Assembly (NCBI GenBank): GCA_965248265.1
Contig: CBDFJF010000002.1
Coordinates: forward strand, 1,120,001 to 1,184,000
Length of the DNA: 64,000 nt
Source: Candidatus Latescibacterota bacterium
Lineage (GTDB): Bacteria > Latescibacterota > UBA2968 > UBA8231
Reading direction: 5' to 3'
The first letter of the stretch is position 1, and each line of letters opens with the position of its first letter. The notes below the pieces were generated by a model that ran no database searches, was not told the DNA's origin, and worked only from the letters and a program-made list of their open reading frames with translations. Position numbers and translations under genes: made by a program. Shown piece by piece: positions 49,308-59,914 of the stretch.

Positions 49308-50669
49308 TTAGTAGGGAGTCTCTCTGGTCGTAATCGGACACCATCTCGTCGTGGTCAGGTACTCGATCAACATGTCTTTGGCTTCATCCGTGCCGATGCG
49401 CTGCAGCGCCAACACCACTTTTCCCCGAACGTAGCGATTCTCGTGGTTCAGGCACGGGGCAAGTCTCGGTACGACCTCGGCAGCCTGTGACCCGAGACGA
49501 GCCATCGCCAGCAGCGAGTGGCGGACGACCCAGGGCTCCGAATCTTCGAGCGCATCGATGAGGGACGGGATGGCGGTCGCCGCCGCGTCACCGACATTAC
49601 TGAGTGCCCAAGAGGCTTTTGTGCGGACGTCACTGTCCTCGTCCCTCAAAGCGGTCTGCAGGGTCCCGATTGCCGGTGCCGCGGGCAAGCCCATTTCGCC
49701 GAGTGCATCGACGGCGGCCGCTCTGGTCTCGGCGCGTTCGGCGCCGACCACTTCTTCGAGTGCCGGCACCGCGGCCTGGCCGATTGCCGCGAGGCCGTAG
49801 CCGGCGTTTCGTCTCAGGTCTTCGTTGTCAGATGACAACCGCGTGATCAACTCAGGCATTGCTCGAGCGCCCATGGTGGCCAACGTGTAAGCTGCCTGAA
49901 AGCAGGTGGTCTCATTGGCATCCTCGAGTCGCAGGAGCAGTTCGCCGACGTCACCGTCGCCGGTCGCTTGAGAGCCGTTGCCGCTATTGCCGGAGCTCCA
50001 CTCCCACATGCTCCTCCACATGCTATTGCGACGATCCTCCGTGTCGGGCCAGCTGAGGTCGCTGGAATCCCAGGTCGGTGATGCGGGTTCCGACATGCGT
50101 GTAAAAAGGAACTTGTACATGTAGCGTTGCCCGTTGCCGATTTTCTCGGACCGGCGATGCCACAGGTCATAGTGAACGATGGTGATGGAGCCGGCGGGTC
50201 CACAGAAAGGGGTCTCTTCCCCCACCTCTGAGTCCGGCTCGTGGTTGTAGTACTGTGAACCGGGCACGACCGTGGTCGGGCCGAGCTCGACATTGGTGTC
50301 CTGTGGATAGTAGAAGGCCATGCACCAGCGGGTGCGGGGCCCCTTGCTGCTGCCGTCACTGTGCAGGCGCGATTGGTTTTCGGGGCCGAGAGGGCGGCGG
50401 TGACAGTAGCGGTGCGCGTTCAGATGGTATCCAGCCCCCAGGATGCTGCTGAGCGTGCCCGTGACTTTGGGGTGGTCCAGGACCTGATGCAGCTCAGGTA
50501 TCACCGCCATGACGTTGTTGCCCGGATTACCCGACATCTCCATGGACTCTTCCGACCGCTTGAAGACGGTCTCGTGCAGGCCCGGCATGTCCGTCTCGAA
50601 GGTGATGAATCCCTTGCGAATGAACTCCCTCATGCCTTCATCATTCAACATTTCTTGATGGTCTGCCAT
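49308..50669 (-). CDS. PhyH dioxygenase domain plus C-terminal HEAT repeats
   Basis: Motifs LHSD, YYPQDT and HYDLWH, then repeated A..AL..G...AVP.L...L.D units. Confidence 0.85.
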   Translation of the reverse strand: MADHQEMLNDEGMREFIRKGFITFETDMPGLHETVFKRSEESMEMSGNPGNNVMAVIPELHQVLDHPKVTGTLSSILGAGYHLNAHRYCHRRPLGPENQSRLHSDGSSKGPRTRWCMAFYYPQDTNVELGPTTVVPGSQYYNHEPDSEVGEETPFCGPAGSITIVHYDLWHRRSEKIGNGQRYMYKFLFTRMSEPASPTWDSSDLSWPDTEDRRNSMWRSMWEWSSGNSGNGSQATGDGDVGELLLRLEDANETTCFQAAYTLATMGARAMPELITRLSSDNEDLRRNAGYGLAAIGQAAVPALEEVVGAERAETRAAAVDALGEMGLPAAPAIGTLQTALRDEDSDVRTKASWALSNVGDAAATAIPSLIDALEDSEPWVVRHSLLAMARLGSQAAEVVPRLAPCLNHENRYVRGKVVLALQRIGTDEAKDMLIEYLTTTRWCPITTRETPY

Positions 50670-50762
50670 CTTTGGCCTCTCCGCGCCTTTTTGCGGTTTA
50701 AGAAGCAACAGATTTCTGTCAGTCTTTTTGATTCTAACATTTTATTCAAAAACAAAGGTATC

Positions 50763-51653
50763 CTACACCCGGACCTTGGCCAGATATATGTTGGTCCCAT
50801 CTTCATGAGATGAGTAGTAGCTCAACCACAGCAGGTCTTCATGCCAGACCATGCCGACATAACTCGAATCGCCTCCACACGGCAGTGTCAGTGCCGGCTC
50901 GAAGGTCGTTCGGGTCATTCTGGCAAGCACCGTGGACCCTTCGAGCGCAGGCACTCTCCCGGTAGCCCACAGACTGCCGTCGGGGAGGCGAATGAAATTG
51001 GGTCCGCCGATGGTCGTCGACAGCTCGGTGAAGGACCATGTACGATACGGCGATCGGCTCGATCCGATGTAGTTGGGGCGAATCAGAGCGATCATCTCGC
51101 CATCCGGCATGAACCGGAGCGTTGTTTCACTCACCCCCGCTATCCTGAATTCGGTCAGCCAATCCCACTCAATTCCATCGAAACTGGAGTAGAGGAATCC
51201 TCGGCGGGGTCCGTCGTACTCCCCCAGCTTGGACAGCGCGTAGACACGCCCTTCGTGCCAGGTTGCCCGCCACAGCCAATGGTCTTCGGCCAACAGCTTC
51301 TTCGGCGTTGTCCATGCCACTCCGTCGGACGAGAATGAAACCCGGGGCGCACGTGTCAGGTAGACGCCGCTCTCGTCATACACACTGCCGCCCATCAGGA
51401 GCATGAGCCGCTGGTCCGGTGTGATGGACAGCTTTGAGTCCCGCAGGTCGATGCCGTCTTCGCAGATAACGGCTGCCGACTCCCAGTGTGTTCCGTCGGC
51501 GGACGAAATCAGTCGGATGACGCCACCTGGAGTGGCGTGTCCGGACGCCTCACGAAACACGCACCACCACCGGCCCTGGAAGCGGATCAGGTCCGTGAAG
51601 CCATTGTGCGGTGCGTGGTCCCAAATTCTGTCGACGGAAATGAGCTCAGGCAT
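50763..51653 (-). CDS. Sialidase-like (BNR/Asp-box) beta-propeller protein
   Basis: Motifs SADGTHW, SSDGVAW, SFDGIEW and GDSSY. Confidence 0.75.
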   Translation of the reverse strand: MPELISVDRIWDHAPHNGFTDLIRFQGRWWCVFREASGHATPGGVIRLISSADGTHWESAAVICEDGIDLRDSKLSITPDQRLMLLMGGSVYDESGVYLTRAPRVSFSSDGVAWTTPKKLLAEDHWLWRATWHEGRVYALSKLGEYDGPRRGFLYSSFDGIEWDWLTEFRIAGVSETTLRFMPDGEMIALIRPNYIGSSRSPYRTWSFTELSTTIGGPNFIRLPDGSLWATGRVPALEGSTVLARMTRTTFEPALTLPCGGDSSYVGMVWHEDLLWLSYYSSHEDGTNIYLAKVRV

Positions 51654-51828
51654 TACTTGATTTCCGGCAGTGGGATCAGGCATTTCCAGGCAGCAAAGGG
51701 CATCTGGGTCAACTGCCGAAAAATAGGGAACACAGCCGTATCGTCCCAGGAAAGAGTCCGCTCGACCGGGCAGGAATAGGCTCAACTGCAGCAATAAGCG
51801 GTTGTGGTGCTCCGCTGCACAGCTGCCG

Positions 51829-51957
51829 TGCAACGTCACGGCCATCCCGACGACTTTCGTGATCGACAAGCAAGGGATCGTGCGCTATACCTACATCGGG
51901 ACGCCTTCGGACATGCTCGTTTTCCAGCAGCACGTCGAGGAGCTGTTGGCGGAATAG
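51829..51957 (+). pseudogene. TlpA/redoxin C-terminal remnant
   Basis: Manual translation gives NVTAIPTTFVIDKQGIVRYTYIG...VEELLAE*. Confidence 0.65.
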
Positions 51958-52024
51958 AGTGTTCTGAGGCTCAAAACCGGGCTCGGGATCCGAGAAGACG
52001 GGGTGTGGAAGGCGACACGCTTTA

Positions 52025-52220
52025 TGGCCATCGCCGCCGCTTCAGTGCGCGGCACCGTGGGCACCGGAGACCGCGCCGGGCAACGGCACAGGCGCGTGCT
52101 CAAGGACCCGGCTCAGGCAGTGCGCACGGCGCCTCTGTGCTTTGCCTCCAGAGGGTTCTCACTCCATGCAGCCACCCGAATCGAGAGACGCAACCCCGCC
52201 GCGCTCGAGCAGCGCAAGCT
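52025..52220 (+). pseudogene. Internal fragment of a third, more diverged IS91 transposase
   Basis: AASVRGTVGTGDRAGQRHRR..DP...RTAPLCFASRGFSLHAAT aligns with the main transposase. Confidence 0.8.
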
Positions 52221-52224
52221 GACG

Positions 52225-53619
52225 TCAGTACGGTGAGTCGTCGGTCGTGATCGGGCACCAGCGCGAGGTCAGCAGTTCCTCGTATAGAGCCTCCCTGGCG
52301 TCGTCGGTGTCGATGCGCCTGAGGGCGACGCCGGCGTTAAAACGGACGTACCGGCTCTCGTCACGCAGCGCCACGACGAGGGAGGGTACGGCGGCGCCGG
52401 CATCAGGTCCGATCTTGGCGAGTGCCCGGGCGGCATTGTCGCGGATCCACTCCAGTTCATCCGACAACAGCTGTCCGAGGGCGGGTACCGTTTCGGGAGC
52501 AGGTTTGCCAATCGCACCAAGCGCTTCGGTGGCGTTGCGCCGGACCCAGTCCGAGCTGTCGCTCAATGCTCGGGTCAGCGCCTCGACAGCCTCGGGTGAA
52601 CGATCACCGGGTGGAATATCGCCGAGGGCGTACGCCGCGCAGGCGCGGATGGTGCTGTCGTCGTTTTCCAGAGCCGCGATGAGTGCCGGGGCGGCCGACT
52701 CGCCGGCGGCGGCAAGGGCAAAAGCGGCCGGATGCGAACCGTCCTCGCGGCTGCCGTCGAGGGCTTCGATGAGCGGCGGCACGGCGGACGCGCCACACGA
52801 GCCAAGGGTGTAGGCGGCATCGAGTCTGACCGCTTCATCCTCGTCGGCCAGAGAAGCCACAAGCTCTTCCACCTTCTCGCGATCGTCCGTCGATTCACTG
52901 CCGTCATTCCCCGAGCCGCGGTTCCAGTCCCAGAGTTCACTATACACTCGATCCAACTCGTCGACCGCGCCTGAGGGCGACTGCCAGTGAGCAGCTTCGT
53001 TGTTCCAGGAGGGTGAATGCGGCTCCTCGAGGCGTGTAAAGAGGAATTTCAGCATGTAACGTTCTTGGTCGCTCGCATTCGGGGTGGCACCGTGCCATAG
53101 ATCGTAGTGAACGATCGCAACGGTTCCGGCCTCTCCGCACAGCGGTAGTTCCGGTCTTAGGTGAGCGCGTTCCCCGGTGTCATAGTACTGTGACGCGGGC
53201 AGGATGGCCGTTGGCCCCATGTCGACGGTCGTATCCTGAGGATAGTAGAACGCCATCGCCCAGCGGCAGCGGTGGTGGCGCACCTGTTCATCACCCTCAT
53301 ACGAGTCTTTGTGCATGTCCTGGCCCTTGGAACCGGGCCGGTTGGTGTGACAGTAACGGTGGGTGTGCATGACGTAACCGGGGCCGAGGATGCTCGTCAG
53401 CGCGCCGTGAACGGCAGGGTCGTCGAAGACCTGCTGGATCTCCGGTATGAGGGGCAGGAGGTTGTTGCCGAGCGACCCGTGTCGCGGGACGAGGTCCTGC
53501 AGGCGACTGTGAATGCCCTCGTGCAGAGATCGGGCCAAGTCCGGCTTCACAAGCAGGTATCCATCAACCACGAACCGTTTCATCCCCTCGTCATCGAGCA
53601 GCAATCCATTGTCCGCCAT
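52225..53619 (-). CDS. PhyH dioxygenase domain plus HEAT repeats (paralog of 49308-50669)
   Basis: Motifs MHKD, YYPQDT and HYDLWH, HEAT units, and a shared C-terminal RWCPITT..PY. Confidence 0.85.
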   Translation of the reverse strand: MADNGLLLDDEGMKRFVVDGYLLVKPDLARSLHEGIHSRLQDLVPRHGSLGNNLLPLIPEIQQVFDDPAVHGALTSILGPGYVMHTHRYCHTNRPGSKGQDMHKDSYEGDEQVRHHRCRWAMAFYYPQDTTVDMGPTAILPASQYYDTGERAHLRPELPLCGEAGTVAIVHYDLWHGATPNASDQERYMLKFLFTRLEEPHSPSWNNEAAHWQSPSGAVDELDRVYSELWDWNRGSGNDGSESTDDREKVEELVASLADEDEAVRLDAAYTLGSCGASAVPPLIEALDGSREDGSHPAAFALAAAGESAAPALIAALENDDSTIRACAAYALGDIPPGDRSPEAVEALTRALSDSSDWVRRNATEALGAIGKPAPETVPALGQLLSDELEWIRDNAARALAKIGPDAGAAVPSLVVALRDESRYVRFNAGVALRRIDTDDAREALYEELLTSRWCPITTDDSPY

Positions 53620-53906
53620 GTCAACTCGCCTCCGGTCTCTCTGTAACTGGTTTGTCCCCCGCACCGGGCAAGGGGGGCTTGGCGCGACCGGCAGCTTCCT
53701 TCTCGATGAGCTCGTCGATGTCAGCGTAGGCGTACACAGTTGGCGCCATGTTCTGCATGAGCCGCCCGTATCCACAGGTCTCTGGGGAGGATAGGGAAGG
53801 CAGCTGTGCCGGTCGAGTTGACGTCATCGCCAGCCTGGCTTCAGTTTGAGGCATCGGAAGCGGCACGGCCGCATCGGTCACCGGAATCAGTTGCGAGGAT
53901 CAGAAG

Positions 53907-54680
53907 ATGGGCGAGCGCAAAAAGGTATTCATCACAGGAGCCTGCGGCAGGGTTGGCACCGCTCTCAGCGAACGGCTGCGGAGCCGATACGACCTGAAGT
54001 TGCTGTACCATCCCTCCCGGATTCCCGAAAACCGCAATGAAGCTGACGATGTGGTGGTGTCGGACATGAACGATTTCGATGCCATGGTGGAGGCCGCGGC
54101 GGGAATGGATGCCATTGTTCATCTCGCCCTCTCCAAGGGCAGGGAGGGGGACACTCCACTGCAGCGGTCCCGGGTTACCGTCGACGAGAACATTCCCGGT
54201 GACTTCAATATCTTCGAAGCGGCAAGAATCAATTCGGTGCCGACGATCGTCTACGCCAGCACCAACCACGTGAGCGGCCGGTACGAGAATGATGGAGTGC
54301 TGTCCCGCGCGGACGCGCCGATAAGACCCGATGGCGTGTACGGCGCCGGCAAGGCCTTTGGGGAAGCGTTGGGTCGCTTCTACTCAGAGGGTCACGGAAT
54401 CCGGGTACTCTGTTTGCGCATCGCCAATTGTCCGGGGGCGGGAAGCGATGAGCCGGGTAATCCCTACGAACCGGGGTTCTCCAGGTGGCTGAGCAACCGG
54501 GACGCGGCCCAGTTGGTATGGCGGTGTATCGAAACGGAAGAGGTGAGGTTCGGCATTTTCTACGGCGTGTCCCTGGGCGGCGAGAAAAAATTCGATCTGT
54601 CGAATGCCCGGGAGATACTCGGGTACGAACCGGAAGACGACGGCTCGCTGGCTGAATACCGAAATAAGTACAGCTGCTGA
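53907..54680 (+). CDS. NAD-dependent epimerase / uronate dehydrogenase-like protein
   Basis: Motifs TGACGRVG, YASTNH, RPDGVYGAGK and WLS.RD. Confidence 0.85.
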   Translation: MGERKKVFITGACGRVGTALSERLRSRYDLKLLYHPSRIPENRNEADDVVVSDMNDFDAMVEAAAGMDAIVHLALSKGREGDTPLQRSRVTVDENIPGDFNIFEAARINSVPTIVYASTNHVSGRYENDGVLSRADAPIRPDGVYGAGKAFGEALGRFYSEGHGIRVLCLRIANCPGAGSDEPGNPYEPGFSRWLSNRDAAQLVWRCIETEEVRFGIFYGVSLGGEKKFDLSNAREILGYEPEDDGSLAEYRNKYSC

Positions 54681-54692
54681 AAGGCCAAGTCC

Positions 54693-55805
54693 ATGAAGAT
54701 TGAACGGATTGAAGTCAGGTCGGTTGCTCCCCCGACAGAGCAGTTCACCTGGTCTCACAATCTGCCGGACCAGTTCGCCACTAATACGGTTTTGCGCTTG
54801 TACACGGACGAAGGTGTCGAGGGGGTTTCCGGCGTATTCAACGCCACGTCCTACGGGTTCGAGAAATACACGGCCGAGGCCATTCGCCACATCGCCCCCA
54901 TTCTGATAGGGCGGAATCCATTAGAGCGGGAAGCGCTGTGGCGCGACATCCGCCCCCGGGTGTTCCCTGTACCGCCCCAGGCGCTGGCCTCAATCGACAT
55001 TGCGCTGTGGGATCTGGCCGGACGGGTAGCCGGGATGCCGCTGTATCAATTGCTGGGCGGAGCGCGAGACCGGATTCGCTCCTACGCGAGCACTCCCATG
55101 CTCGAGGATATCCCGGCCTATCTGAAGTCTGTCGAGGGTCTTTTGAAAGAAGGCTACACCGCGGTCAAATTCCATACCTGGTGCGTCCCGGACAAGGACC
55201 ACGAGCTGGCCAAAGCCGTTGCCCGTGAATTCGACACCGCCAACATCGATTTCATGCTCGACGTGGAGAACAACTACGATCGTGGCAGCTCGTTGAGCGT
55301 CGCCAGGGGGATCGAAGATCTCGGATTCACCTGGTTCGAGGCGCCCCTGCCCGATTGGGATCTCGACGGCTACCGCGAACTAACCCGCAGCACCTCCATC
55401 CCCGTACTGCCATCGGGCAACTGGTTCATGGACCTGATGACATTCAACGAGGCGATCGCGTCCAAGGCCTGGCGATCGGCTCGCACCGACGCGCACATGA
55501 TGGGCGGCATCACGCAGACCCAGAAGGCCATCACCCTGACGGAAGCTGCCGGCATCAATTGCGAGCTGATGTCATGGGGGTACAGCCTGAACTCGGCCGC
55601 GAACCTCCACCTGATGCTGGCTCACGACAACTGCTCCTTCTACGAGCACTCGGTTCCTCAGAAGCCATACGAGTTCGGCATGCACGATGTCATTCGCTCG
55701 GATGCGAACGGTTACGTCCACGCCCCGCAAAAACCCGGCCTCGGTCTGGATGTAAACTGGGATGAGATGCAGTCGGCGACGTTCCACGAATTCGTCATCG
55801 AATAG
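54693..55805 (+). CDS. Mandelate racemase/muconate lactonizing enzyme family protein
   Basis: Motifs IDIALWDL, AVKFH, WFEAP and PGLGLD. Confidence 0.85.
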   Translation: MKIERIEVRSVAPPTEQFTWSHNLPDQFATNTVLRLYTDEGVEGVSGVFNATSYGFEKYTAEAIRHIAPILIGRNPLEREALWRDIRPRVFPVPPQALASIDIALWDLAGRVAGMPLYQLLGGARDRIRSYASTPMLEDIPAYLKSVEGLLKEGYTAVKFHTWCVPDKDHELAKAVAREFDTANIDFMLDVENNYDRGSSLSVARGIEDLGFTWFEAPLPDWDLDGYRELTRSTSIPVLPSGNWFMDLMTFNEAIASKAWRSARTDAHMMGGITQTQKAITLTEAAGINCELMSWGYSLNSAANLHLMLAHDNCSFYEHSVPQKPYEFGMHDVIRSDANGYVHAPQKPGLGLDVNWDEMQSATFHEFVIE

Positions 55806-55852
55806 CCTCCCGATCGCTGCAGGTTAATGCGGTCAACGACTACACATAACAC

Positions 55853-57877
55853 CTACAGGAATGGGATCGGGGGGCTGTCGCCGTGCCACGGAAAGGCGTA
55901 AGTCGGTTGATTGGCGAAGCGACGCATCCTTATATCCAGCTTGACAGAGGTAGAGGGCAACAGGTTTACCGCGAAATACTTGCCGTCAACGGGCACTGAT
56001 GCCTCGGACAGTGGCCAGTCCTGGCGCTGCCATGTCGCGGGGTTGGGGCCCAGATCCTCCCTGCTTTGTCTGGTATAGGCGACGGCGGCGACCTGGTGCT
56101 CTGCGAACGCCCCGGCCTGCACGATCACGCGCCTGCCCTCGGTATTGCTCAGGTTGACCAGATGCACGCCGGCGCTGCTCTCATCCAGCGCGGTGACCAG
56201 CGCGGCGACGTCGGGAGGCAGACCGGGCCGTCCCCGGTCGCGGTCGAAGTAACGGACTCGCGCTCGGAGCAGGCCGCCCCGGTAAATGTTCTGCGGCGTT
56301 CCCATCGTCACCTCGATGAGGCCCTTCGAAATGCACGGATTGGGTGGCCAGAACGCATTCTGAGCCCTGGTCTCCAGGTCTCTGGGGTCCTCCCGCATCG
56401 CTTGCAGGTGCCGGACGACGCAATCGTATTCGGCCCGCAGCATATCTTCCGGCCAGCTCGGGTTGACACCGTCGTAGTACTGGAATCGCGCGCGCTCAGA
56501 CTCGCCGGCCCCTTTGTCGCTGCCGCTTTGAGCCTGGTTCCAGTCGACGGTCTTGGTGTTGTTGCGAATGTGGGTGATCAACTCGTAGTCAGCCTGGTCC
56601 ATCGAGGCATGCCAGAGGTGGGCGAGGTCGCGGATGTTCATCGGTTTGAAGTCGGACCAGCCGTCGCGTCCGTAGCGGTATGGAACGCGTAACTCGCCGT
56701 CTTCCGTGATCGCCTGGTCGATGAGGAGTTTGAGTTGGGAGCGCAGCAGATCAAGATAGCCGTCGTCGCCAGTTAACAGCTGGGCGCACTCGGCTGCTAC
56801 ACACAGCGAGCCCATGAGTAGATCACCGGCGCCGGCCCGACCGCAGTCCCAGCCCCAGGCCCCGCCCCACGGCTGGCCGTCGCGCTGCTCGCCGATCTTG
56901 CCTGTTGGACCGACGTTGTCCGGTATCATGCCGTCGTTTTGCTTCATCCGGTCCGTCCACGCCTCCACGTAGTCGAGGACCCACTGTTTGTAGCGGTCGT
57001 GACCGGTGTACAGGTACGCGTTGGTGACCAGCCCGGTGGCGTTGAGGTTCATCGGGATGTCGCCGTTGAGCACTGTCCGGTCGAACAGCTCACTGATCTC
57101 ATTCTTTCGCCCTTCATCACGGTCCCAGTCATCCTCGAGGTTCGCGACTGCGGGGTAGAGGGTCGTCATCGTGGGCGGTGGACCGGGTGGTTTGACCGCG
57201 GCGCGGCGGTAACCGCCCGTTGGGCCGAGCATTTTCTTGGCGAACTCAACGTCGACGTGGAACAGCGGCCCCCGGCTACCGGTGAGAGGCGAGCGGATCA
57301 CGCGGTGGCTCTCGTCGTAGTTGGGCGCCTCGGGGTCGTCCCCGGTGTACATGTCGGCGAACCTCATGGCGCGACGGGCGTTCTCCGGGATACCGGGAGC
57401 GGCGACGCCGAAATCGTAGAACGGCTGGTTGCCTTCGCCCATGTGGAACCAGTCGCAGTCGTCCGGGTCAGCGGCGTTGTAGTACTCGTTGTGTATCTGA
57501 GCGAGGTATCTCTTGTGGTGGATCGGATCGCCCGTCTTGACGACGATGCCGTCGTCGTAAAAGCGGGTCGTGGCATTCCAGTCCTGCAGCGCCAGGTCGA
57601 GAAAGCTGTCCCGGGCGCCGATGTAGTAGAGCTGGGCGCGCCCGGAGCGGGTCTCGTAGGCGTCATCGAGGGTGGAGGTGTAGAACTGGCCGCCGCCCGG
57701 ATAGGTGTACTTTTCATTGAAAAATTCGACGGCGTCTTCAATCGTGTGGACGAGCCGGCGCTGCAGGAGGGCCCATGCAGGCGGTGGCTCAACGACGGAC
57801 GCGGTGATTTCGGCCATTCCGGGAAGGGAGACTGCAGAAGCTGTCGTTGTTTTCATTTTTAGGCTCCTCATGCTCAA
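55853..57877 (-). CDS. Conserved hypothetical protein, possibly an (alpha/alpha)-barrel lyase/hydrolase
   Basis: Long ORF; clear paralog of 57964-59883 (WFHxGEGN, PDNVGPTG, RPGLPPDVAALV). Start uncertain. Confidence 0.7.
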   Translation of the reverse strand: MSMRSLKMKTTTASAVSLPGMAEITASVVEPPPAWALLQRRLVHTIEDAVEFFNEKYTYPGGGQFYTSTLDDAYETRSGRAQLYYIGARDSFLDLALQDWNATTRFYDDGIVVKTGDPIHHKRYLAQIHNEYYNAADPDDCDWFHMGEGNQPFYDFGVAAPGIPENARRAMRFADMYTGDDPEAPNYDESHRVIRSPLTGSRGPLFHVDVEFAKKMLGPTGGYRRAAVKPPGPPPTMTTLYPAVANLEDDWDRDEGRKNEISELFDRTVLNGDIPMNLNATGLVTNAYLYTGHDRYKQWVLDYVEAWTDRMKQNDGMIPDNVGPTGKIGEQRDGQPWGGAWGWDCGRAGAGDLLMGSLCVAAECAQLLTGDDGYLDLLRSQLKLLIDQAITEDGELRVPYRYGRDGWSDFKPMNIRDLAHLWHASMDQADYELITHIRNNTKTVDWNQAQSGSDKGAGESERARFQYYDGVNPSWPEDMLRAEYDCVVRHLQAMREDPRDLETRAQNAFWPPNPCISKGLIEVTMGTPQNIYRGGLLRARVRYFDRDRGRPGLPPDVAALVTALDESSAGVHLVNLSNTEGRRVIVQAGAFAEHQVAAVAYTRQSREDLGPNPATWQRQDWPLSEASVPVDGKYFAVNLLPSTSVKLDIRMRRFANQPTYAFPWHGDSPPIPFL

Positions 57878-57963
57878 ATCTCGTCCTCAAGATACAGTTG
57901 TGATATACTTCCCCCAGCAGGTATCACGTCGTAACCAGTCAGCGTGTGAATTGGAGATGCTGA

Positions 57964-59883
57964 ATGATGATCCCCGGGTTGGTCGAAGTCAAGGCGACAC
58001 AAGTTTCACCACCCCCTGGTTGGGCGCTGCTGGAACGCCAGCTGATGACGCTGATGGAAGGCGCCGTCGGGCCAATGGTCGACAAGTACGCCGAGAAGGG
58101 CGGAGCCTTCTACTTTGCCGACGACGTCGACGACCTCTACGAAAGGGTGTACAACTGGGGCCTGTTCTACGCCATGGGGGCGGATAGGCAGGTCCTCGAC
58201 CTGGCCCTGCAACAGTGGAATGCGACGACCCGTTTCCATGCGGACGACATCGTCAGCCGTGTCCACAAGCGTTTCCACCCGCAGATTCACAATGAGTACT
58301 ACAACCATGCAGTCCCCGGTGCGGCCGAATGGTTTCACCAGGGCGAGGGCAACATGGCCTTCTACCATTTCGGCCTGGCCGATCCGACGATCTCGGAGAA
58401 CGTTCGTCGCGCCAAACGATTTGCCGCCATGTTCACGGGCGAGAACCCCGAGGTCCCCAACTACGATCCAGAACACCGGGTTTTCCGCAGTCCGATCCAG
58501 ACCGGTGCCGGACCCTACACCCACACCAGCCTCGAACACGCGATCTCGTGGCTTCAGGGGGGGATACCGAGCATCGGTGAGGTGTATCGCTGGTACGGCG
58601 TGCGGGCTACCCTCGATCCGGTCGTCAAGGACCTGGAGCCTGACTGGACGGAAAACCCGGAGCGCCGGGACGAGATCCTGAAGCTGTTCGATCATGTCGT
58701 CCTCAATGGCGATGTGGCTCACAGCCTCGGCGCGACCGCCCTCATCACCAACGCCTACCTCTACACCGGCGAGGAGAAGTACAAACAGTGGGTTCTCGAT
58801 TACACTGAGGCCTGGTTGGATCGCATGCGGCGCAACGGTGGCATCATGCCGGACAACGTTGGACCAACCGGGCAGATCGGCGAGAACCGGAATGGCCAGT
58901 GGTGGGGCGGGCTCTATGGCTGGAACAGCTTCGTCGGCTACGGCATCATGTTCAGCGGGCTGACGATTGGGGCTGAGTGCGCCGTCTTGCTCTCCGGAGA
59001 CTTTGGCTATCTGGAACTGCTGCGCTCGCAGATCAAGGTCCTCATCGACAACGCCATGACTCGCGAGGACGGTCATCTCATTCCACCGGCGCGCTATGGC
59101 CCCGACGGCTGGTCGTATCATATGGGCCATCCGGATCCGGAGAAGGGGAGGACGCAGCCATTTCGCCTGCAGGAACCGACTCACCTCTACCACATCTCAA
59201 TGGCCAGCGAAGACTACGACCTCATCGTCAGGATACGGGACGGGGACAAAGAGCGCGATTGGAATCACGTGCCGGTCGCCGGCGAGAAGAGCGCCGGTGA
59301 CACGGAGCTGGCCCGCTTCCAGTACTACGACGGCAGGAATCCAGACTGGCCGATGAAGATCCTGCAGGCCGAGTACGAGAATGCCCGGACCAACGTCGAC
59401 AAGATTCAGAACGAAACCCGCGATGCCAAGACCCTGATCGAGGACAACCCCTCTTCCCCCAATCCGGTTTTTACGAAGGGATTGACCCAGGTGACGATGG
59501 GTGCTCCGCACTCCGTGTACACGGGAGGACTGTTGCGCGCGACGGTGCGCTACTTCGATTCAGACCGCACGCGACCCGGCCTGCCACCCGACGTGGCCGC
59601 CCTGGTCGACAAGCTGGGCGCCGACAGCGCCGGTGTTCAACTGGTCAATCTGAATACCAGCGAGACGCGGAACTTGATCGTGCAGGCCGGAGCGTTTGGC
59701 GAGCACGAGTTCGTCGACGTGACCCATGACGATCAGACGGTCAAGGTGGCGTCGCAGTATTTTGCCGTCCAACTGCCACCCGCCTCGTCCATCCGGCTGG
59801 ACGTGGGCATGAAGCGCTTCGCACACCGTCCCACGTATTCTTTCCCCTGGCACGGGGATGAGATCCCGGTGCCGTACCAATAA
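57964..59883 (+). CDS. Conserved hypothetical protein (paralog of 55853-57877)
   Basis: Same motifs; transcribed divergently from its paralog. Confidence 0.75.
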   Translation: MMIPGLVEVKATQVSPPPGWALLERQLMTLMEGAVGPMVDKYAEKGGAFYFADDVDDLYERVYNWGLFYAMGADRQVLDLALQQWNATTRFHADDIVSRVHKRFHPQIHNEYYNHAVPGAAEWFHQGEGNMAFYHFGLADPTISENVRRAKRFAAMFTGENPEVPNYDPEHRVFRSPIQTGAGPYTHTSLEHAISWLQGGIPSIGEVYRWYGVRATLDPVVKDLEPDWTENPERRDEILKLFDHVVLNGDVAHSLGATALITNAYLYTGEEKYKQWVLDYTEAWLDRMRRNGGIMPDNVGPTGQIGENRNGQWWGGLYGWNSFVGYGIMFSGLTIGAECAVLLSGDFGYLELLRSQIKVLIDNAMTREDGHLIPPARYGPDGWSYHMGHPDPEKGRTQPFRLQEPTHLYHISMASEDYDLIVRIRDGDKERDWNHVPVAGEKSAGDTELARFQYYDGRNPDWPMKILQAEYENARTNVDKIQNETRDAKTLIEDNPSSPNPVFTKGLTQVTMGAPHSVYTGGLLRATVRYFDSDRTRPGLPPDVAALVDKLGADSAGVQLVNLNTSETRNLIVQAGAFGEHEFVDVTHDDQTVKVASQYFAVQLPPASSIRLDVGMKRFAHRPTYSFPWHGDEIPVPYQ

Positions 59884-59914
59884 CCGACGCCGTACCGGCA
59901 ACCGAGAGGAAACG

